Under the pieces are notes generated by a model. It saw only the letters and a program-made list of their open reading frames with translations. It made no database searches and was not told the origin of the DNA. DNA of 32,000 nucleotides, taken from NCBI RefSeq assembly GCF_000446015.1, contig NC_022093.1, forward strand, positions 1,410,001-1,442,000. The letters are read 5' to 3'. This document shows, in pieces, positions 24,915-32,000 of this stretch. The number at the start of each line of letters is the position of its first letter. Position 1 is the first letter of the stretch. The translations under genes were made by a program, and so were the position numbers. Origin of the DNA: Thermofilum adornatum (GTDB lineage: Archaea; Thermoproteota; Thermoprotei; Thermofilales; Thermofilaceae).

Positions 24915-26150
24915 ATGAGTAAAGATACAAAACTTGTAATAGTATGTAACTACACCTTTCCTCTAGCAGGAGCACCTTGGAGAAGAATTGAATATTTTTC
25001 AAACTTTCTCTCTAGATACAAAATGGATGTAACTGTCATAGGAGCAATTGAATTAGGCAGAGAAACTTCTAAAATGATTAAAGCTATTAGGGGAATAAAA
25101 TACGACAAGTTCAGAGTATTTAATTTGCAATGGCGTATTGGAATATTTGCTCTAATAATTGAAATCTTTAATTTCATAGGAACTTTCCCCTTATTAATAA
25201 TTTTACCCGTGTTAAAACCTAAGATAGTTTATATTTCTATACCTTATATTGAAACATTGCCCACCGCATATTTAGTAGCTAGGTTAATAGATGCAAAAAT
25301 AGTTATAGATGTACGTGATCCATTGGAATACTGGCCAAGCTGGACAAAAGGTTTTACTCGAAAATTTTTTGGTTTTCTTACTTTGCTTGATTACATACTT
25401 ATGCGTAAATCTGACCTTGTTCTAGCGGTTACTCCTGGCTTAATTAGGCTCCTCGCACAACAAGGCATAGTTGCACATCTTGTAATGAATGGCGCTGATA
25501 CGCAAATTTTTCGGCCTTATCCTCGTAGCGAAGTTAGAAGAAAACTTGGCCTAAACGATGATGCCATAGTGCTTGTCTTCAGCGGTCGCTTAGGCGGCTA
25601 CTACGACGCTATCCCCCTCCTTCATGGAATAGCTAGGTTGTCGAATGCGCTAAAGAAGAAAGTGGTATTGTTGCTCGTCGGAGGTTTTGGAGACGCATCA
25701 TATGCGAGTAAGTTTGTGCGAATAGCGAAGGAGCTGCATTTATCCAGCAACATAAAGGTTCTGCAACCGATACTAGATGCGCGTACGCTGGCGGAGGTCC
25801 TTTCAGCCGCGAACGCGGGGGTCGTCACGCATGTGACCTCGGAGCTGTACGACCCGGCAATACCAGTGAAGTTTTATGAGTACTTAGCTTGCGGCCTCCC
25901 CGTTATAGCTTTGAGTAGGCGCGGCTCGGAGCTCTGGAGGCTGATCGAGAAGTGGGGGGTGGGTTTTGCGTGCGAGCAGCACGACCTTGATTGCATTACG
26001 AGAGCTTTGGAAAAAATCTTTGACGAAAGCACTATGGAAAGCATCAGGGCTAATGTCCTTCGCGTAAGACTCCTTATCGATAGGCGCCGAGCTGCGGAGA
26101 AGCTGTACAGCTTGCTCCGCGAACTGCTGGAGCCCAAGAGGGATGCTTAA
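24915..26150 (+). CDS. GT-B fold (GT4-like) glycosyltransferase.
   Basis: The C-terminal domain has VLVFSGRLGG...FYEYLACGLPVIA, an E-x7-E-type region. The ATG at 24915 is preferred to the listed GTG at 24897. Confidence 0.7.
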   Translation: MSKDTKLVIVCNYTFPLAGAPWRRIEYFSNFLSRYKMDVTVIGAIELGRETSKMIKAIRGIKYDKFRVFNLQWRIGIFALIIEIFNFIGTFPLLIILPVLKPKIVYISIPYIETLPTAYLVARLIDAKIVIDVRDPLEYWPSWTKGFTRKFFGFLTLLDYILMRKSDLVLAVTPGLIRLLAQQGIVAHLVMNGADTQIFRPYPRSEVRRKLGLNDDAIVLVFSGRLGGYYDAIPLLHGIARLSNALKKKVVLLLVGGFGDASYASKFVRIAKELHLSSNIKVLQPILDARTLAEVLSAANAGVVTHVTSELYDPAIPVKFYEYLACGLPVIALSRRGSELWRLIEKWGVGFACEQHDLDCITRALEKIFDESTMESIRANVLRVRLLIDRRRAAEKLYSLLRELLEPKRDA

Positions 26151-26153
26151 CCC

Positions 26154-29100
26154 GTGAGCAAGGGAGGAGTAGCTGGCTCTGTAAGGCGCGCTGTTATGAG
26201 AAGCGAGATCTTGCTAGTGACACTGGTAATTTTTCTTGCATCCTTGCTATCCTTCATCGTTGCCATCTATGTTTATTACCCGTGGCCCGAAAAACTGGTG
26301 ATACACTCCTCGCTGATTGCGTTTTCCTTTTTCATCGCCGTTTGGAGGCCTGGTAAGCAGCTTCGTATACTGCTACGGTTGCCGCGAAGAACCGTCGCAC
26401 TTTTACTCGTAGCAGGCTTTGTCGCGTTGGTTGTTGCAAGCATAATACCGATTCCCTGGCTGGCGTTGTTCCTTGCGCTAATGTACGCTGCCCCTGTAGT
26501 CGGAGTTTCGTTGGCAGAGGCATTAAAGCTCAGAGGGATTTTTGACGATGCAGTAGGCTTCGCGTTATTTTCCTTCATCATTGGTTCAACGTTCTTCGGA
26601 GTTATAGCGTTGGGTGCTTCCCTTTTCTTAGGCTTTCCGGGAAACCGCTACGCTGTGTTGGTGCTTGTGGCTTTGCATACAATCCATGTTGTTGGTATCT
26701 ACTCGAAAAAATCTAAAAGCCAATTAATTGAAATGAAAGGTGATAGTCTTTTGTTCATAAGCTCTTGGTTAACGCTCATCTATAATTTCTACCTGATATA
26801 CTATCCAAACGATGTGTATCTTCCGGGCGAGGACATGCTGCGACATTACATGTGGTCGGTAAATCTCGTAAGAAACCCCTGGAAATTCCTAAGCCTCAGC
26901 CCCGATAATTACCTGGTTTTCCACTCGTTCGAAGGGGGGCTCATGCTTTTGGCGAACTGCTACGACGCTCCGCTTCTCAACAGCGTTCTCCTGCCCGTAG
27001 CTCTCCTGAGCACGCTGGCGCTAGCCCAGCTTACCGCTAATGTCGCCGGGAACCCCGCATCCAGAAACATTGCGCTGATACTCCCGTTCGTCTTCTCGGG
27101 TTTGGGCTGGCTCTACCTCCTCCTCAACAGGCCGGCGAGCCCTGCGGCGTACTTCGCAGCTCTGGCGAGCGGTAGCGAAAAAGTGTACAGAAATTTAATG
27201 TACATACCGTTTCCGCTTATGTGGCCCGTACCTCAGCCCTTCTCGGTCGCCGCCTTTCTTCTCTTCCTGTCCCTCCTTCTTAAGATGGTTAAGCTGCAGG
27301 GCACGCTTCCTGGATCTGCTGTCGCAGCCGGCTTGCTGATGTTCTCGATGCTGTCCACGCACCCCCCGCAGGGTATTATGGCGGCAGCGCTCCTCACGCT
27401 GTTGGCGCTCCTTTGGGGCAAAAGCCTTTCCAGCGCCCTGAAGCCCATCTGTCTGGGAGCGCATGCAGGCGCGCTCGCGGGAGGAGCGCTCAATATGGCA
27501 ACGGTTTACCTCGCTCTTCAGGGTGCGCCCCGCTTAGAGAACCTTATGCTGCTGCGCGTTGCGGCTTTCTTCGCGCCAGCACTAGCAGCGGCAGCCGCGC
27601 TCGCCCTCAGCTCTTTCGGTATAGGGTTGGAGCCCTTGTTCGCGAGACTGGCCAAGCGCTTGCGCGTGCGAGCCCCTGTAGCGTCGGCGTTGGGCACTTT
27701 CCTGCTTATTTTAGGGGTTTCCGTCGCCTTAGACCCCTCCAACACCTTCGCTACGAGCAGGGCGGATCCGGGATGGGTTGTAGGTCTGGTGCCCTGGTTC
27801 ATCTACGCGATCTTATTGGGCGCAGCTTTGCCGCTAGGGTTATACGGTTACGAGCTGCTAGCTCGCGAAGGCTCGAAAGCTCCAGTCGCTGTGCTGGGTC
27901 TGCTCGCGGCTCTCGCTGTCGCTGTGGGCAGAACCCTAGGTTTTTTCAACGCCTCTGGGATCGACACGGGCTACTGGGGCGAAAAGAGGTTCGTCCTTTT
28001 CGTTTACATCGCGCTAGCGCCACCCGCCGCCTACGCGTTAGAGCGACTCGCCCGTGGCAGATCCCTGAGAGTCGCTATCCTCAGCCTTCTGCTGGCCCTT
28101 TTGGCCGTCAACGCGGCGGTAAGCGCCTCGTACTGGGGCATCACGAGTGAGCGCGGGAGGATAAGCGATACCGAGAAGGCGGCCTTCGATAAGCTGGGCG
28201 AGCTGCTATGGGCCAACCCGAACCGGTGGGTTTTTTCGCCCACGCTCCGGAGCAGGGACGCCTCTGCCTTCGCGGCGCCGATCTACTATGTCTTCGCGGA
28301 TCCCTCCTACAGCTGGCGGTGGCAGGTTCCCGAGCTCTCGCTCGCGATCTTTAGGGCTAGGAACTTAGACCCGCCCTACGTCTACATCAACTGGGCGACG
28401 AACTCGCAGCCCGCCCGCTCTGGCTGGATCGGCAGGATCCTCCTGCCCCGCCTGCCTAAGCTGTTCAGCGTGGGCTCGATCGACGTGTACGACGCGCCCC
28501 TGCTGGCGCCGCCGGTCCCCAACGGAAGCGTGGCGCTCGCGATCCCGCCCGTCTGGGACGAGTCAGTCGACGAGGCCTACCTCCTCCTCTCGCTGGCGGG
28601 AGTGAACTTCACAAGTGTGCTGGGGATTGACCCCTCTCTCTACAGCTACAGGGTTATTGTCCTGCCTTATGACACATCAGAGGAGAACAGGACAGTTACC
28701 ATTGATTTACTCAGCACCCCCATTGCATTTACCAGCGGTTCCGTGAATCTCGACTCTGAGTCAGTCGAGCTTGGTGGTCGCCAGGAGAGACTAGGCAACA
28801 TTGTGGTGTGGAGGAACCCATTCTATCTATTCCCTGAGGCGATAAATGTTACCGTGAGGTTTGAGGTGAGGGAGTACAACCCAAAGGTTCTAAACTATTT
28901 TTACTTCATTTATGATTTCAAGGATGAGGGGAACTATCGGTACGTGGGAGTAATGTTTACGGAGCAAAATAAGGTATACATGCTTAACTGCTTGGTTACA
29001 AACGGTAAAGCTTATTGCATACCAGCTTGGCCGGGTATTTTTTTAGGGAATATTGATAGAGTAACTGGAGATCATTTATTGAATCTTTCCTTTAATTTTT

Positions 29101-30089
29101 CGAAGAGAGAACTCTGTACGACTTTAGACGCATTAAATCGAACTTGTTTTAACATAAGCTTTAGCGGGGGATCCATCGGGGTGCGTGTGGATCGCTTTTG
29201 GGCGGTAAAGGTAAAAGAGATGTTTATCACTACACGCATTCGTAACTACCTGAACTTAGAGAGGCTAAAAGCTGAGAACCGCACGCTTATAGTTTTTCAG
29301 CGAAAGCCTGTCACCAATGAAACAGGGGAAATTAGATATGGGGAAAACCTGACAATTTATGGGGAACAAATTCTAGATAACAAAACACATATAAATTCTA
29401 CTTTTATACCGGAGAGATACTATAGTGAAATTAATTATGCTAATTTGGTTGCTAGCAATATTACTTTTTATAATCTAAGTCTGACAGCGTCTAATCTATT
29501 AGTGATCCCACTTGACTCTTTACGGGTTTATCAGCATAACAAAATTCAGAATTTAACATCAGTTAGATATTTAATAATCGAAAGTCCCTCTGAAAAGGTT
29601 CTCAATGCTTTTTACGTGCAGGCAAACGTTAAAGGTGGCATAGGTTTCTACGCCAAGCTTGAAGCTGATAGGATGTATGTTCCAAATGGGAACGTTAGCG
29701 TGTATTTTGATGATGGCGTTATTAGTGAGCTGAAAGGAGACTTATTATTTGAGGGTAAATTCTTGGTGCTGGCTAGGAGGCCTATTTTCACGGCTCAGCG
29801 CTCGGTTATTAGGGGGGTGTTTGGGCAATCCTTGCTTTATCCCTACTTAGCTCGCGACTTAATTGTAATTGGAAACGCAACGTTTAGATTTGTTCGTGGT
29901 GATGACTCCTTTTTATATTTCTTTGTAGATGCTAGCAATTCTAAGATTATGTTTGACCCCTCCCTTAACATTTACTCAGAGTGGGAATCTGTGCCGTTGG
30001 TGCTGAAGTACTCGTATTGGATTATAGTTATTATCTGTGTTTTTATTGCAAAAAGATTGCAACGTTTGTTGAAGAGGAGGAGGCCATGA
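26154..30089 (+). CDS. Polytopic membrane protein of 1311 aa with a large sequon-rich extracytoplasmic C-terminal domain and a terminal TM anchor. Possibly a GT-C-like glycosyltransferase or glycan polymerase.
   Basis: More than 15 hydrophobic helices occupy the first 700 residues or so. By my count the last 500 residues or so hold 18 N-x-S/T sequons. The final helix is YWIIVIICVFIA followed by the basic tail KRLQRLLKRRRP. No WWDYG motif is present. The start is GTG 26154 or ATG 26196. Confidence 0.75.
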   Translation: MSKGGVAGSVRRAVMRSEILLVTLVIFLASLLSFIVAIYVYYPWPEKLVIHSSLIAFSFFIAVWRPGKQLRILLRLPRRTVALLLVAGFVALVVASIIPIPWLALFLALMYAAPVVGVSLAEALKLRGIFDDAVGFALFSFIIGSTFFGVIALGASLFLGFPGNRYAVLVLVALHTIHVVGIYSKKSKSQLIEMKGDSLLFISSWLTLIYNFYLIYYPNDVYLPGEDMLRHYMWSVNLVRNPWKFLSLSPDNYLVFHSFEGGLMLLANCYDAPLLNSVLLPVALLSTLALAQLTANVAGNPASRNIALILPFVFSGLGWLYLLLNRPASPAAYFAALASGSEKVYRNLMYIPFPLMWPVPQPFSVAAFLLFLSLLLKMVKLQGTLPGSAVAAGLLMFSMLSTHPPQGIMAAALLTLLALLWGKSLSSALKPICLGAHAGALAGGALNMATVYLALQGAPRLENLMLLRVAAFFAPALAAAAALALSSFGIGLEPLFARLAKRLRVRAPVASALGTFLLILGVSVALDPSNTFATSRADPGWVVGLVPWFIYAILLGAALPLGLYGYELLAREGSKAPVAVLGLLAALAVAVGRTLGFFNASGIDTGYWGEKRFVLFVYIALAPPAAYALERLARGRSLRVAILSLLLALLAVNAAVSASYWGITSERGRISDTEKAAFDKLGELLWANPNRWVFSPTLRSRDASAFAAPIYYVFADPSYSWRWQVPELSLAIFRARNLDPPYVYINWATNSQPARSGWIGRILLPRLPKLFSVGSIDVYDAPLLAPPVPNGSVALAIPPVWDESVDEAYLLLSLAGVNFTSVLGIDPSLYSYRVIVLPYDTSEENRTVTIDLLSTPIAFTSGSVNLDSESVELGGRQERLGNIVVWRNPFYLFPEAINVTVRFEVREYNPKVLNYFYFIYDFKDEGNYRYVGVMFTEQNKVYMLNCLVTNGKAYCIPAWPGIFLGNIDRVTGDHLLNLSFNFSKRELCTTLDALNRTCFNISFSGGSIGVRVDRFWAVKVKEMFITTRIRNYLNLERLKAENRTLIVFQRKPVTNETGEIRYGENLTIYGEQILDNKTHINSTFIPERYYSEINYANLVASNITFYNLSLTASNLLVIPLDSLRVYQHNKIQNLTSVRYLIIESPSEKVLNAFYVQANVKGGIGFYAKLEADRMYVPNGNVSVYFDDGVISELKGDLLFEGKFLVLARRPIFTAQRSVIRGVFGQSLLYPYLARDLIVIGNATFRFVRGDDSFLYFFVDASNSKIMFDPSLNIYSEWESVPLVLKYSYWIIVIICVFIAKRLQRLLKRRRP

Positions 30090-30826
30090 CTGAAATACGC
30101 GAAACCGAAGAGCCTGTCGAGCTGAGTGTCTGGGATTTGAGCGGAAGAGAGAGGCATAAGCAGGAACGCAGGGCGCAAGTAACAGCTTGGTTCCTAAAAC
30201 CTGGAGAGCGAGATGTTATCATGGATGTTGGCTGTGGTGATGGTTTTGTGACTAGCTTCTTCTTAAAGGCCGGCTTCGTGGTGGGTTTGGAGCCTTCGTA
30301 TCACTCACTCGAGATTGCCAAACGTAAGGTACCTAAGGGTAATGTCCAGTTTATTTGCGCTGATGCGCGCTTTATTCCTTTGAGAGCCAACTCAATAGAT
30401 AAGGTGGCTATACTTGAAGTTTTGGAGCACTTGCCCCGAGCTTCTCAACAAATGGTTATTGAGGAAATCGATAGAGTTTTGAAAAAAGGTGGGATTCTCG
30501 TCGTCACGGTGCCTTACAAGGAAAAGATTATTTATACCCGCTGTATCCACTGTGGAAAGCTGACTCCATTGTGGGGCCACTTACATTCTATGGACGAGGA
30601 GAAGGTTAACAAACTCTTACCTCCGAGCTACGTGCTTGTAGCCAAAGCGCATTTTCCAAATCTAGAATTAATATCGATGTTAGGTATTTTTCATAGATTA
30701 CCATTTCCATTATGGTTTATTATTAATAATTTCCTTGGAATTATAAAAAAAGGATATTGGATCTTGGTCAAATATAAGAAATTTTTAAATGAATGTAAAA
30801 TTAGAGAAAAACCCATTATTGAGTGA
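30086..30826 (+). CDS. Class I SAM-dependent methyltransferase with a CxxC element.
   Basis: It has motif I VIMDVGCGDGFVT, then ILEVLEHL, LKKGGILVVTVP and CIHCGK. The ATG at 30086 overlaps the upstream stop (ATGA). Confidence 0.75.
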   Translation: MTEIRETEEPVELSVWDLSGRERHKQERRAQVTAWFLKPGERDVIMDVGCGDGFVTSFFLKAGFVVGLEPSYHSLEIAKRKVPKGNVQFICADARFIPLRANSIDKVAILEVLEHLPRASQQMVIEEIDRVLKKGGILVVTVPYKEKIIYTRCIHCGKLTPLWGHLHSMDEEKVNKLLPPSYVLVAKAHFPNLELISMLGIFHRLPFPLWFIINNFLGIIKKGYWILVKYKKFLNECKIREKPIIE

Positions 30827-30830
30827 GATA

Positions 30831-31052
30831 ATGTTAACTCCAAATCGTATCTGTGTAATTGGGCTGGGGTATGTTGGTTTGCCTACTGCTGTTGTTTTTG
30901 CTGGCAAGGGGTATGAAGTTGTTGGTGTGGATGTTGACGCTAAGAAGGTTGAGGCTGTGAATGATGGTAGGTGTTATTTGAGGGAGCCTGGGCTGGACGT
31001 TCTTTTGTGTGACTCAGTGTCTAAGGGGTTTTTGAGGACTAGCGCGCTCTAG
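30831..31052 (+). pseudogene. Truncated N-terminal fragment (about 73 codons) of a UDP-sugar 6-dehydrogenase (WecC/Ugd-like).
   Basis: MLTPNRICVIGLGYVGLPTAVVFAGKGYEVVGVDVDAKKVEAVNDGRCYLREPGLDVLL is the Rossmann N-terminus of enzymes that are normally about 400+ aa. The frame stops at 31052. Confidence 0.55.
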
Positions 31053-31060
31053 GGTTCTTA

Positions 31061-31069
31061 ATATTTAAA
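31061..31069 (+). promoter_or_regulatory. TATA-like box upstream of wecB.
   Basis: atatttaaa is centred about 22 nt upstream of the ATG at 31087. Confidence 0.3.
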
Positions 31070-31086
31070 AATGAGGAGTGGGCTGT

Positions 31087-32000
31087 ATGAAGATTCTTTC
31101 CGTGGTCGGGGCTAGGCCCAATTACGTTAAGTTGGTAGCGGTACACGATGTCTTCTCAAGGTTTTTCGAGCACGTTGTAGTGGATACTGGCCAGCATTAT
31201 GATTATGAGATGAATAGGGTGTTTTTCGAGCAGCTGGAGGTTCCAGAGCCGGACTACTTCCTAGGTGTAGGGAGCGGCTCTCACGGGTACCAGGTGGGGG
31301 AAATTGTTAAACGGGTGGAGGAGGTTTTGCAGAGGGAGCGACCTGACTTTGTGGTTGTTTATGGAGATACGAACTCGACTCTGGGTGGCGCGCTTGCGGC
31401 TGTGAAGGCGGGGTTTAGGGTTGGGCATGTGGAGGCTGGGTTGAGGAGTTTTGATATGTCGATGCCGGAGGAGGTGAATAGGAGGGTTGTGGATCATGTG
31501 TCGCATTTGCTTTTTGCGCCTACTGGGAGTGCGTATAGGAATTTGTTGGCTGAGCGGGTTCCTGGCAGGGTCTTTGTTACGGGTGATGTTCATGTTCGTG
31601 CTTTGAAGAGGTGGCTTCCTATAGCGGAGGAGAGGTCTCATGTGTTGGAGAGGCTTGGGCTGGATCCTGGCTATGTGGTTGTAACTCTTCACCGGGCTGA
31701 GAATACCGATGACCCAGCACGCCTTTCCAAGATTGTTGGTCTGCTGGTTGGTCTTGCTAGGCGGGAGCGTGTGGTTTTTCCTGTTCATCCGAGGATCAGG
31801 AAGAGGCTTGTCGATTTGGGTCTCTGGGAGGGTCTTAGCGGTAGCGGTATTGTTTTGTCGGAGCCTTTGGGCTATTTGGACTTTCTAAAGTTGCTGAGTA
31901 ATAGTCGGCTTGTGGTTACTGATTCTGGTGGTGTTCAGAGGGAGGCATACCTCTTAAGGAAGCCCGTAGTTGTTTTGCGTGGGGTCACGGAGTGGGTCGA
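31087..32000 (+). CDS. wecB: UDP-N-acetylglucosamine 2-epimerase (non-hydrolysing). The 3' end lies outside the window.
   Basis: My own translation gives MKILSVVGARPNYVKL...VVVYGDTNSTLGGALAA...VGHVEAGLRSFD..MPEEVNRR..DHVS..LFAP...VTLHRAENTD...VFPVHPR...TDSGGVQREA. The gene is absent from the ORF track because no stop occurs before the window end. Confidence 0.85.
   Translation, partial: MKILSVVGARPNYVKLVAVHDVFSRFFEHVVVDTGQHYDYEMNRVFFEQLEVPEPDYFLGVGSGSHGYQVGEIVKRVEEVLQRERPDFVVVYGDTNSTLGGALAAVKAGFRVGHVEAGLRSFDMSMPEEVNRRVVDHVSHLLFAPTGSAYRNLLAERVPGRVFVTGDVHVRALKRWLPIAEERSHVLERLGLDPGYVVVTLHRAENTDDPARLSKIVGLLVGLARRERVVFPVHPRIRKRLVDLGLWEGLSGSGIVLSEPLGYLDFLKLLSNSRLVVTDSGGVQREAYLLRKPVVVLRGVTEWV

Overview
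The window looks like archaeal chromosome, probably from a hyperthermophilic crenarchaeote. The evidence is two PaREP1-type genes, archaeal-ATPase/DUF234 genes, an ether-lipid-type UbiA prenyltransferase, and A/T-rich TATA-like boxes about 25-30 nt upstream of start codons, which suggests leaderless mRNAs. The organism assignment is inference only.

The window splits into two parts.

(1) Positions 1-13.7 kb and 17.6-19.9 kb are accessory, defence-island-like sequence. They contain:
- a partial DUF234 ATPase;
- four coiled-coil proteins built from in-register heptad or hendecad repeats (21-bp and 33-bp DNA tandem arrays), attached either to membrane anchors or to PD-(D/E)xK-like domains;
- two PaREP1 paralogs;
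- a single-chain HepT(HEPN)-MNT fusion with a substituted catalytic His;
- a tightly linked ABC-type ATPase + TOPRIM/DUF4435-like gene pair. It has OLD-nuclease domain content split over two genes, as in PARIS, and is the best candidate for an undescribed archaeal defence system;
- an archaeal ATPase;
- DUF433 and DUF2283 mini-ORFs and several gene remnants;
- a translationally coupled operon of unknown genes ending in a PIN nuclease.
Two roughly 75%-identical 133-aa paralogs lie 12,181 bp apart in direct orientation. They share a 101-bp perfectly identical core, and each sits just upstream of one of the candidate defence/TA modules.

(2) Positions 13.9-17.4 kb and 20-32 kb are a surface-glycan locus. 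It holds an rmlA-B-D-C dTDP-rhamnose operon, five glycosyltransferases, a 1311-aa polytopic membrane protein with a sequon-rich C-terminal domain, a methyltransferase, a truncated wecC-like fragment and a partial wecB. This locus is a compositional patchwork, and at least three composition junctions fall inside genes.

I found no rRNA, tRNA, CRISPR array or recognisable transposase. All family assignments rest on motif recognition by eye. No database search was run.
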